From NCBI GenBank assembly GCA_043228905.1, contig JBHGNT010000012.1, positions 18,166,001-18,230,000 of the forward strand: a DNA stretch of 64,000 nucleotides, given 5' to 3'. Below are positions 48,565-60,062 of this stretch, one piece after another (position 1 is the stretch's first letter; every line of letters begins with the position of its first letter). The translations under genes and the position numbers were made by a program. Below the pieces are notes generated by a model that had not been told where the DNA came from, made no database searches, and worked only from the letters and a program-made list of their open reading frames with translations. Source of the DNA: Azolla caroliniana. Lineage: Eukaryota > Plantae > Polypodiophyta.

Positions 48565-51500
48565 ATGTCTTCCAAGAGAATCGAGCGCGAGGACTCCAGG
48601 TAGGCCTCTGACACTGTGGACATTTTTGTAAATATGTTTCGTTTCTCAAGAACTCGATACGGCGTATCGCGTTCATGTATACAATACAAATATTTATACA
48701 CGAACTCGATACAGCGTATCGAGTTCGTGTTTAAAACCTACACTTTAAACCGGAACTCGATACGCCGTATCGAGTTCATGGTTAAAGTGTAGGTCTTAAA
48801 CACGAACTCGATACGCCGTATCGAGTTCGTGTTTAAAGTTTGAATTTTAAACACGAACTCGATACGGCGTATCGAGTTCGTGTTTAAAACCTACACTTTA
48901 AACATGAACTCGATACGGCGTATCGAGTTCGTGTTTAAAACCTACACTTTATACACGAATTCGATACGGCGTATCGAGTTCGTGTTTAAAGTGTAGGTTT
49001 TAAAAAAGAACTCGATACGGCGTATCGAGTCCCTGTATATAAGAAGGCTTTGAGAGAGAAAAATCGTTTATGGGGTGGAAATGATATCAAATTGTCTGGC
49101 AAAATCAGTCTTTTTTATGTTGACTTTACTTACTTTTAAAGAAATACATGCTCTAATTATAGGTGTTTTATGACCTACTTTAGCTTAAAATAGTAGAAAA
49201 TGATCTACAAATTGCCTTCACTATGGCAAATTCTCCTCAGTATAGGTTTAGAATCTATATAAGTCATACCTACTATTTAAAAGAATATATAACCCGTTTT
49301 ACTTATTACGATATATATTTTCTAGGTTGAATAGCCCTGCCTATAATAGATTTTTGAATATGTTACTGCTCCTGGAAACTGTTCTTCATTATAATATACA
49401 ACTTCAATCTACGTGACTGTCTAACTTATGTTTTTGCATATACTTTCTTAAATAGGTCGTTTGAGAACCTGTCGGACCGACCCGTGAAGAAAATTAAGCT
49501 TCGCATACAAGGTTCTCCAATCGAAGCCCAGACCAAGGTAACTCCTGAGACCATGAAGAGAGGAAAAAAGCTTCTCTTTAACGAAGAGACAAAATCTCAG
49601 CCACATAGTGATGTAAGCCAAAAGAAACTTGTCGCCGCTACTGGAGGCGAAGACCTTCCTGACCGAGATCTAACGGACAAGGAATGGTGTATGCAATATG
49701 TCGACTCAAAGAAAAAAGTCGTATTGTATACAGCAAAGAAGAAGGGTGAGGGGCAGCTTGGAAAAGAAACTCCATTTATGTATGGCCGTATTCTACGATT
49801 TGACTACGAAGATGCAGATTCGGCCAACATACTGGTAATGATAGAGTGCTCCAAGGGGGTACGTAAAGTGTTCCTTTCAGAAGACCTTTTAGTAAAGGAA
49901 TCTTGTGGGCCTGAAGTGTTAAAAAAAGCACTTGATAACTCACAAAACCTGATTGTTACCTTGAGGCCTTATATACAAGGCCATGTAACTCTAAGAGATG
50001 AAGAGCCCTCCCACTTGAAGGCCACAAAAAAGGTATCCAAAGTCCAGTCAAGACCAGCCAAGAAGAAGACAACGAAAATGTCGGATACGGATTCAACAAG
50101 TGAAAATGAAGAAGAGGATAATAAGGGGACGCCAGGAGCCGAGCTGGCCTCGGGTGTCTTGTCATCCGAGCAGAATAAAATAAGGAGAGAGTTAATGCAA
50201 CAGAAGCTGGTCAGGAAAGGGCAAGTATTTAATTTGCCTATAACACACATCCATCGGCCCCCTATTGATGAAAAAACAGGTCGAAGACCACTTGAGATTA
50301 GAGAGCCTCATCGCATGCATGTTCAAAATCTCAAGAAAAAAATGAAAATTAATCCTCATGCCACAGTGGTGCCTTTTATTGTTATGGTGGATCCTGAAGA
50401 ATGTGAAACCATTGAAGATTTTGATATCAGAAAGCATGATCAATATAATTATTTTGTCATTGGTGGATCGCATTCAGCAGAGGCACGTCGGCAACTTGTG
50501 AGAGAACATCCAACCACTTTCTTCTTCAAGTATGCCGAGTGCAAAATTTATGTTGGGCTCACAACCGAAGAGGCTAAGCTGTTGGCATGGGACCATAATA
50601 ATGATAATGACTATAGGCAGAAAATGTCGTCTATTGAGCGTATACGGTTCTTCCACCATGAGTATTTAGATGTGAAACAAAAGTTTGGTGTGAAGTTACA
50701 TCCAGGCCTTCGACGTCAATGTCTGCATGAAGTCGGCATTGTGGTAGATGATAATGTTAGGTCCGATGGTCTTCGAAAGTATGAGTCTTGGTTTCAATTG
50801 GCGTTTAGAGATGGAGAAGTATGGGACCTCCAAGATCAAATATTCTCAATGTGGGAGAATAAGGAGGTAAAGGGTCAACGACAAAAGAAATGTAGGGTTG
50901 ACCCTCAACTAGAATTAAAGTCACAAGCCGCCAAGAAAATTGACTTGACAATTGAAGAAGCGGCAGACCACATGAAGCTGTCTCTATGGAGAGCGATGCA
51001 AGGTATTAAGGACGAGCAGCTTCTTGTGTCGGTTTTGTCAAGGGTTGTGGCGAAAGATTTAAGCCTTGAAGAAATGGTCACTGAGTTCAATAAGTAAGTC
51101 TTTCAAATACTGAAATTGTAGTCTATCTGGTGTAATTCAAAGTTCTAATCTTGATTTCTAATTTTACAGTCATAAGGTGTACATGAAGATCCAAGAAGTA
51201 ATGATGAAACAACTTGGATGTATAACTTGGGAACAAGTGACCGAGGATTATCCTCTAACGTCTTCGTATAAGGCATTATCAGAGTATTTTATTGCATTCA
51301 AGGATTGGGTTAGTATTGATGTTTTTTCATTACCCTTTCATCATATGTAGAGCTTGTATAATAATACCTGATGTCCTATTGCTTCTATTAGAAACCGTGT
51401 CGAGGCAAGAAACAAGGAGAAGTTAAGGATATACACGATTTCCCTACATCCTTCCTTGCACATCTCGAGCGAGCCAGAAAAGAAAAGGATCGTCGCTTAG

Positions 51501-52680
51501 TCAAGGCGTACGAAATGGAGGAAGATGGCTCGTTAAAAAATTTTAGCCACAAAAAAGATATTACGAGAGATCTGTACTACAATGTGGTTTGCGGTGATGT
51601 CATCGACTTGATCCAGAAGGTGCCAAAGAAGGAATATACGCTAATGATTGCGGATATTCCTTACGGATTTCGAATGGCTGGGTCATCATACGACGATGAA
51701 CCGTTTAGGTTTAAACAATTGGAGAAGATGGTCAAGGATTTCGCTGAGCTAACGACCGCATCCTTGTGGCGAATAGTTGTCTTTCATAGTATGGACCAAG
51801 GGTACTCGGTAGCTCAAGCTTTGAGATCTCGTTGCCATGGCATCGAGAACCTTGCATGGTAAGGATTATTTATAGGTGTCTTTCATTATATTGCAATTCT
51901 TAAGGTTGTTGAATCTATTCTTAACTCGATGAATTATTTTTTATAGGATCAAGACCAATGTAAATAGAGGGCCAACTTTTCGGTTCGTTAATGCCATTGA
52001 ATACATAACGGTTGGCTACTTCGATGAAATTAAAAAACAGAGAATCAAAGAGCATTCTAATGAAGTGGGAGGTTCAAATCTGTTGGTATATCCAGCAGTG
52101 ACTCGGAAATTGCGACATGTCACCACGACAGAACGGGGACTTGTCAACCCATACCAAAAACCTCAACGACTTATGATGCGCTTGATCGAGATGTTTTCTG
52201 TCGAAGGAGACTGGATATTAGATCTCTTTTCTGGCACAGGTATTCCTCGAACTAGGGTAACGATCTTGAGATAACCAATCACTTTTTTTCGTTTGACAAC
52301 TAAATCTTCTTGTTACTTACATCATAGGAACTACGTCAGCATGTGCATTGAAGCTGTTTAGAAATACAGTTGCATTGGAGAAGGACGAGGACCAAGTTAT
52401 ATTTATTAATATGCGGATTAAGGCTTTGTGGGAGTGCCTAGACCAGGATGAGGAGGTCGGTGCAAAGAACCTCGCCAATACAGAAAGGTTTCAACCTGCT
52501 TCGCGAGAGCCTATTCCTCCGTTAGCCGGCGAACTGGGGGAGCTAATAGAGCTTGATGATGAGCTTATAGAAGATATTTCGTTGGCTCGGTTAACAGGGG
52601 AAACCAATGCACGTATAGCCGAAGACAGTTCTACACAAGATGATGAAGAAAATGACGTTGATGAATTGATTGCTATGTAA
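48565..52680 (+). CDS. ParB/Srx-like domain + beta-class N4-cytosine/N6-adenine DNA methyltransferase, 6 exons, 974 aa
   Basis: Exons 48565-48599, 49456-51093, 51170-51308, 51392-51858, 51947-52239 and 52328-52680 join via GT-AG introns into one stop-free 2925-nt frame. Motifs: YFVIGGSHSAEARR (ParB-like), VCGD..D, IADIPYG (motif IV), AWIK, PYQKP, WILDLFSGTGTT (motif I), VALEKD. Confidence 0.88.
48647..49036. repeat. Array of eight 33-bp palindromes with 51-bp period, in intron 1 of the MTase gene
   Basis: Consensus ACACGAACTCGATAC-GGC-GTATCGAGTTCGTGT; units start at about 48647, 48698, 48749, 48800, 48851, 48902, 48953 and 49004. Confidence 0.95.
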
Positions 52681-53692
52681 TAGACTCTATAAAGAATATG
52701 ACACTGACGATTTGTTAAGATTTCACATTATTAATACAAATTTTGGGTTTTACCTAGTGGATTCTATTCTTTATAATCATCTATATGTTTCAATTTTATT
52801 TTTATATACTTGATTAGTAGATTTATGATATTGGTTTCACCGCGTGCATAGCTGACTACCAAACTTATGGAGAAACATGAACTAGCTTAAATGGAGGCTG
52901 ATTTTGGTCCAAGCTAACCTTAGCAGAACATGGCCCTATAATTGTTGCCATGACTGTCCATGTTGTTATTATGGATCTTTGTCTTATATTGTTAAAACTA
53001 TTATGTTTCTATTCCATTGCTGCTTAGATTGTGTAGTGTGTTGATAATGGTTCCAGTTGCGTTATCGTTCGGAGTTTGATCTTGTGTGAATCACCTAAGC
53101 AATAGAGTAGATCAATTTTAAATACAGGTATGAAAGCCTAATAGGTTTGTTATTTCCACGACATTATCCTAAAGTTCACTGCCTTACATTGTGCACAATT
53201 ATATACACATATGGTTTGATCCCATATGAACAAACTGAGGAATAGATTAGATCAACTTTTAATATAAGTATTGAATACTTTAATAAGTTAGTTATTCCAA
53301 TCACTTATCCTAATGTGCACTATCCTACATTTTCCACAATTACATACATGCACGTATGGGTCAAAGTATAAATTATATCTCATTTTATTAGTATGGATAC
53401 AAGTACACCTCATATTTTTGTAAAACCTACCTAATTAATATAAGTCTTTAAGTTAGTGTTTCCCTTGTCTCACAATAGTGCCATATTGAGCCATAGTTGA
53501 ACTTTATTATGCCTACATTAACTTATCAACATGTCTAAACTTGCATGATTTCTAATGATCTCCACTCGTAGATCTATCATGTATTTTTATATTTGCAAAT
53601 TCTTATCAAGTTGAGGAACATGTGATACTAGTGCATCCAATTATTGTAGAGAGGGTGTATTTTTTTCGTTTTAAGAAGATTCTACAAGTGGA

Positions 53693-53728
53693 ATGCACAA
53701 TCCTTCCACTTGTGAACGCGAACGTGTT
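53693..53728 (-). repeat. Right TIR
   Basis: Reverse complement reads AACACGTTCGCGTTCACAAGTGGAAGGATTGTGCAT; all three differences from the left TIR are at CpGs. Confidence 0.93.
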
Positions 53729-55563
53729 TTCTATCAAGACACCAATAGGGTTAGTACGGATGTGTACCTTGCCGCAAGGAGGGACCAACTCAGTGGCGCA
53801 TATGATGAATGGAATGAACAAGGTACTTCGTGATTTTATTCCTCATATTACAATGCCTTTTTTAGATGATGTTCTGATCAAGGGATGCAAGGAGGAAGAG
53901 AAGAATGAGGAATTGGACGAAGATGGTTGCCGACAATTCGTTGCAGACCATATCAAGGATTGTGAGAAGATACTATCAAGGATGGAAGAAGTGCATTTGA
54001 CCTTATCAGGGGCGAAATCAATATTTGGGGCAAAAGAGATATTAATAGTTGGTCATCTATGTGGCCCGTATGGGAGAAAGCCATCCCCCACCAAGGTCAA
54101 TGCAATGCAAAACATGCAAGAGGAATGTACATCCGTCTCCGAAGTACGAAGGTTTCTGGGGGTATGTGTTTCTTTACTGTAGGTAGATTCCGCATTATGC
54201 CCATTTATTTGAACCTTTATACAGACTCCTCAGAAAAGGAGAAACATTTGAATGGAGTGAAGAGCATTCAGAGGCAATGAGGAAATTGAAGTCTTACTTG
54301 GCACAAGCTCCACCATTAAAGCAACCTGACTACACCCGGCCCATATATCTCACAGTAGACTCCAGTCCCATTGGAATTGGATGGGTGATAAGCCAACAAG
54401 ATGGGGAAGATAGGTATGCAGTCCGATTCGGAGCGAAGGTTCTTAGTGGTCAACAAAGAAAATATGCACAGGTCAAAAGAGAGTTATGGGGGTTAGTAAC
54501 AACAGTTAAGACATACAGAGATTACTTAATTGGTGCTGAAGTAATAATAGAAACAGATTGTTTGCCTATTCTTGGTATCATAGCTAATTGTGATATTCTA
54601 GATCAAGCCATGTTAAGATGGTGTATCTATATTAGATCAGTCAACCCTGAAGTTCGACATATCTCTGGGAATAGAAATGCAGTAGCAGATATGTTATCAA
54701 GAGCAAGGTATGAGGAAGAGGAGATTCTAGACTCGGATGACGAGGACAAAGAACAAACATTCCTTACCACAAGCATTACCTGGGAAGGAGGAATGCAGTT
54801 TCTAGAAGAGGAGTATGAAGAAGAATTCAAGGAAATAGGGAAATACCTACAAACCCCTGACGACTACAAAGGTCAATTTGGAAAAGAGTTCGCACAGTTT
54901 CACAAGAAAGCCCATAAGTTTTTCCTACATGAAGGATATCTATGGTGACATCCGAAAACCAAGACTGGAAACCCACAAAGAGTAATAGGTTTTGAAGGGC
55001 AAATAAAGGAGATAATCAGAGAGCTGCATGACAAAGAATAGGCTGGTCATCAAGGAGTGTGGGCCACTGTCAGTAAGATTAAAGAACGGTTTTGGTGGCC
55101 TCGATACTATGAGGAAATAAAGAAGTATGTGGAAACTTGTCCCACTTGTCAATATTATTCAAATATAAAATTTTGTGATGAGTTAAACCCAACATACTCA
55201 CCGGGGGTGCATTACAAGTGGATGATAGATTTGGTAACAATGCCACTTGGAGTAGGACAAAAGAGATACTTGGTTCTTGCTAGAGAAGATCTAACAAATC
55301 AAGTGGAAGGTCATTAATTGCGAACAAAAGGGACATTATGAGTATGTCAATTCATCGAGGAGGACATTGTTTGTAGATATGGATGTATCGGGAAGATAGT
55401 GGCAGATAGGGGAGAACTCAATTCTGCGGAAGCTCAAGATTTTTTCAACAAAATAGGAATTCGGCTTTCTTTGAAAACGACATACAATCCAAACGCTAAT
55501 GGAAAGATAGAAAGGGGACATGGGCCAATAGTCAAAGCTTTGGAAAAGGCATGTAGAGGATGG

Positions 55564-56213
55564 TGTCGTGAAGAAAACTGTCCACAAGCGGAATCGGTGC
55601 ACCGGAGCGTAGGAACCGGCTCTTCATGCACGTGCGTCTTATGTAGTACATAAGAGAGAATTAGGTACATAGAAGATCCTAGGTAGGTAGATTCGGTAGG
55701 TAGGAAGTTAATGGGAAACGGCTCCTTTCTTGCCTACAAAAGGGAGGGAGACGAGGAGGAGAAGAGGAGAAATCGTGCGGAGAGAGGACGAAGTGCTGTC
55801 GGGTTGTGGACCGAAGGCTTCTCTCTCTTCCATACTCCGTAGCTTCTTTCTGTGCAGGGTTTCGGGGATGCTCGCGCTGCTCTGAGGAATGCCCGAGTGC
55901 TTCCGGTAGCACCTCCAACCTACTCCTTTCTTTCTGAGCGTTTACGAACAGGCATCGGCATCTGTTCGCCGGCCTGTTCGGTTGTAACCGACTTCGTGCT
56001 TCTTGTTGTTCGTCTCTGTTAATATATACATACATACCTTCGTGTCTCTCTGTATCGGTTTCCCGCTCGCATCTTTGTGTCGAAGGGCCGTGTCCCTGTG
56101 GATCTACGCTCGCACGTAGTAGGTCCCTTCCCTTCTCCTTTGTCTCTTGCTCTTCGGTACAAGACCCCCGAGGCCCCACCTCATTCCACGCATCCGCGAG
56201 GAATACCTCCACA
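55564..56213 (+). mobile_element. Solo LTR inserted in the Phygy-like integrase
   Basis: TGTCGTGAAG...CCACA; 4-bp TSD ATGG/ACGG; removal restores KACRGRVSDWP. Confidence 0.88.
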
Positions 56214-57551
56214 ACGGGTTAGTGATTGGCCAAAAATCTTACCCTATGCACTATGGGTTGATAGGACAACTCACATCACTGTTACTGGATATATGCCTGT
56301 AGAATTAATCACAGGACAGAAGCCAATAATGCCAATTGAAGAAAAGATAACTACATGGGTTGTGTTGCCTTGGGAATCGGAAATGAGTAGGGAAGATTTA
56401 CTTGCGATTCGAATACGACAACTTCAATCAAGGACAGAAGACATAGAAAAAGCAGCTACTAGATTGAAAGAGGCAAGAATCAACAATAAGGATAGGTTTG
56501 ACAAGATGAAAAGAATACGACCAAGAAAGGTGCAAGAGGGAGATTGGGTATTAGTATATGATAGTAGCCTAGATAATCAATATAGTACTATTTGGAAGTT
56601 TGCGAAAAGATGGTTTGGACCTTATGAAGTTAGGAAAATAACAAATAAAGCCACATATTTCCTCAATGAATTAGATGGGTCAGATATTCGTATCCCAATT
56701 GCAGGAAAAAGGATTAAAATATTTAAAAGGAGGGAGTCATTAGAGCCCGAATTTTATGAAGAAGTAGAAGAACTAAAAGAATCGGAAGAAGTGTTGGATG
56801 AACTCTGCACAACCAATGTGCAAGTTCAGAGGGGGTGGGTGTCATGAAGAATGTGCTTCACAATATAAAATTGAGCTTAAATATTGTATTTAATAATATT
56901 TGAGAGACTTTAACCCACATCCGTATATACAGAGTATAATGTACATACCACTAGGCTAGGCTATTCATTTGTAAAAAATTTGTAAAAAAATGTGCTTCAT
57001 GATATAAGAATGAAGCTATATATTGTATTGAGTAAAATAGAGAGACTTGAACTCTCAACCTTGTATACCAAACACAAAGCATACACCACTAAGCTAGGTT
57101 AGTTATTTTAGAGAATGCATTTTCCTCATTATACTTATCCCATATCTATTTTCATACATAGCCATCATGCATCACATCCAATGCATGTGCGCCAAATGGT
57201 GATCATGCATTCTATGTAACTCATGCATTGCATGCATGCCATGCTCCCATACATTACCATATGCATGGCAACACTTATATAAAGAGGGGCAAGGAAACTA
57301 GAAGGGATCAAGAGAGAGTGAGAAAATAAGACAATCAAGTAGAGAAGACTAGATCATTGGGTGAGGAAGCTCGCGTTTCAAAGTTGAGGTCGCGGGTTCA
57401 AATCAAGGGTCGGTAGAGAACGTGTTTAGTTACCGATCAAGGATTGTAAAGTTGGTACAATATTGTCTTTCTAATATATATCATGTTTATATCATGTACT
57501 CTTGCTTCTTGAATCATACTTTGTCTCAATCTTTCTTCTTAAATCATACGT

Positions 57552-58348
57552 TGTCGTGAAGAAAACCGTCCATAGGCGGAATCGGCGCACCCAGGCGTGG
57601 GAACCGGTTCTTCACGCGCGCAAGCTCCAAGTTGTACATAGAAGCGAATTAGGAGGATAATCGGCAGGAACGGGCCCTAACACAAGTGGAGACAAAGACC
57701 GCGCGAACAGTCTTTTCGGTCGCGCGCGCGAGCGAAGGAACTGTACGAGTCGGCGACGTAACTACGCGGACGCGTGAAGGACGGAGCGGATCCCTGTCCA
57801 AAAGGGACAGGGAATAAAGCTGACATGACGGCCTGCTCGTCGGCCTATATAAGGAGCAGGAAAGAGCTGTTGCAGGCATCTCGCGCAGAGAGGACGAAGT
57901 GCTGCCGGACCGTTTCTGGACGCTTCGCTCTCTGTTTCCTTCCTTCTTGAGCTCCATAGCTTTCTGTGCAGGGTTCCGAGGAGGCTCGCGCTGTTTTCGA
58001 GGAACGCCCGAGTGCTTCCGGCAGCACCTCCGACCTGCTACCCCCCCCTTTGTGCGTCGAGGCGAACAGGCATCAGCATCTGTTCACCGGCCTGTTCGGT
58101 TGTAGACAACCTGTGCCCCATCGAGGGTTGTAGTCGTGTTAGCCATTTTTGTTAATATACATATTTAGTCATTCGCATCTGTCTGTGTCGGTGTCTGTTC
58201 GCGTTCTCCGTGCTGAAGGGCCGTGTCCCTGTGTACCCCCGGTCCTGCGTAGCCGGTTCTCTCTCTTTCTCCTCCCTCGCTTGCTCTTTGGTTCGAGGCC
58301 CCCGCGGTCCCGCCTCGTTTCCACACGCACTTGCGTAATATCTCGACA
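57552..58348 (+). mobile_element. Solo LTR (family E) inserted in the 3' LTR of the Phygy-like element
   Basis: TGTCGTGAAG...CTCGACA; perfect ACGT TSD; near-identical to the reverse complement of 62757-63549. Confidence 0.92.
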
Positions 58349-59703
58349 ACGTTGTCTCTATCTTGCTTCTTGAATCATATATTGTCTCTATCTTCTATCT
58401 ATTCTCGTCTCTCTCTCACACACACATTACTCGTAACTCTTCTTGTTGCTATTCTTAACCTTTCTAACATCACCATACAAGCCTTATTAAACTTTAAGTT
58501 CCTTCAACTCCCCTTAACCTTAGTCCCTGCGACTTCGCCGCACGAACCAGAACTACCCCGACACTGGTTCAGGCTCACTGTCCTCATCATCCCGGATTGG
58601 GTCAAAGTCGGAAGTCGGAGTCGGTAGGGAGTACCACGATGCCATCTCATCGAAATCAACATCTCAGCTTACTCAGACCTACTTCGTCCGAGGGTTATAG
58701 CACTTATACCCCTTCTGCTCATGCGAGTAACCGACCAGGATGCACTTCTTCGACTTCGGATCAAGCTTCCTTCGCTTCTCATCCGGTACATGCACATATG
58801 CTATGTTGCCGAATATCCGAAGGTGTCTCAAATTCAGCTTGCGCCCGAAATACAGCTTGTGTGCTTACACCTTGTCACTGATCCGGTTTTGGATGTAGAC
58901 AATCGTTCGGACCACCTCAACCCAGTAGAAATGGGGCATGCTCTTCTCCTCTAGCTTTGCCCTTGCCGCGTCGACAATCGACCGGTTCTTCCTTTCGGCC
59001 ACATTGTTTTGCTCCGGTGTGTATCTATAGCTGAATTCTCTCCAAATTCCATTCTTCTACAGATAACTGTTGAATTTGCCGGAAAAGTATTCTTTTCCAC
59101 CATCCGACCGCAAGTAGTTGACCTTCCTCTCCGTTTCCTGTTCAACTAAGCTTTGCAAGTTCCGGAAACATTCGAAGACTTCGCTCTTCCATTCGATGAG
59201 GTAGATCCACGTGTGTCGGCTATAGTCGTCGATGAAGGAGACAAAGTATCCACTCCCGCCAAGACTAACGTTCTGTGTGGGTCCCCATACATCCAGATGG
59301 ATTAGGTCGAGCTTGTTACGGCTCCAGTTTCGTTCTGTGGGGAATGGAAGCTGGTGTTGCTTCCCGAGTTGGCAGGCTTCACAAATTTTGGCCTTCCAGC
59401 CGCTAAATTTCAGAAAACCGAAAACAACTTGTTTCGACTGCAGGTCTTGAAGCCTTTGATAATTGACGTGGATGATCCGCTTATGCCAGAGATTGATGTC
59501 TGATTCAATCTTCTGTCCTTTGGCAAACATGGCGGTGCCAATGTCATTTGTGTTGAGGATAAACATCCTCCCTTCTCTATGCCCTTACGTGATTATCCGG
59601 CCTTCTTCCTCGATGAAGCATCGGAGGTGCGTAAACCACACCTGCATCCCCTGGTCGACGATTTGTCCAACCGACACCAGGTTCTTCGTGATAATCGGAA
59701 CGT

Positions 59704-60062
59704 TGTCGTGAAGATGCGTCACTATGCGCGGTTCGTGAGGCGGAACCGTCGGGGTTCTAGACCGGAAGGATTCAAAGTCGGTACAAGCTTTGGCGCAAGC
59801 TTTAACGAGAAAGTACTTAAGATAGATTGGGAAAGAGAGAAGTTGAGATTAAAAGATTGAGAGAGATTGATTGAACTTTTATCTTTAGATTTAAGAAACA
59901 AGTTACACGATCAATTCGATAACGAATTTCTTCTTCTTAATTTCATAACCCAAAAAAGAACGTTTTTTTCTCCTCCCCCCCCCTCTTTTATAGATGCTCT
60001 CATGCATATGATGCACGTGAGGGTACAAGACATACATAAAATGCATGGTTGCCATTTGGCGC
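59704..60062 (-). repeat. Distal part of a family F LTR on the minus strand, interrupted at 60063 by a plus-strand element of the same family
   Basis: Reverse-complement homology to about 60810-61102; preceded by ACGT. Confidence 0.8.

Larger units (their letters stand above)
44622..53728. mobile_element. Sola-like cut-and-paste DNA transposon (9107 bp) carrying a transposase and a ParB-DNA methyltransferase gene
   Basis: 36-bp TIRs (33/36 match); TTCT duplicated at 44618-44621 and 53729-53732; removing the element restores the host RT frame RDITSIKTPIGL. Confidence 0.92.
40644..58563 (+). mobile_element. Non-chromoviral Gypsy element with tRNA-Trp PBS (Phygy-like), host of the DNA transposon and two solo LTRs
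   Basis: LTRs 40644-41499 and 56840-58563; PBS TGGTGAACCCGATGTGA at about 41504-41520, complementary to the 3' end of plant tRNA-Trp; PPT AGAGGGGGTGGG; 4-bp TSD CCGG/CTGG; gag (CMWCDSIDH..C), PR (IDHGSEIN), RT (FLDD), RH, IN. Confidence 0.9.
34563..59703 (-). mobile_element. Old Copia element D, split into 34563-34983, 40306-40643 and 58564-59703 by nested insertions
   Basis: RT motif [18 protein letters not shown]; linker KLR..SSRQKNP continuous across the 34984-40305 insert; GAG-pre-integrase/integrase WHKR..H..C..C and DVWGP at 59057-59566. Confidence 0.8.

Noticed and set aside
48647-49036. CRISPR array
   Set aside because: Linkers are only 18 bp and mostly the same sequence in either orientation, not unique spacers; no cas genes; the array sits in a eukaryotic intron.
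48565-52680. Bacterial contamination as the source of the methyltransferase
   Set aside because: It has five spliceosomal introns and a TATA box, and sits within TIRs inserted precisely into a plant retrotransposon.
44622-53728. CACTA/EnSpm or hAT classification of the DNA transposon
   Set aside because: Taking CACG as the terminus leaves no TSD. Restoring the host frame requires AACAC ends and a 4-bp TSD, and the transposase motifs do not match those superfamilies.
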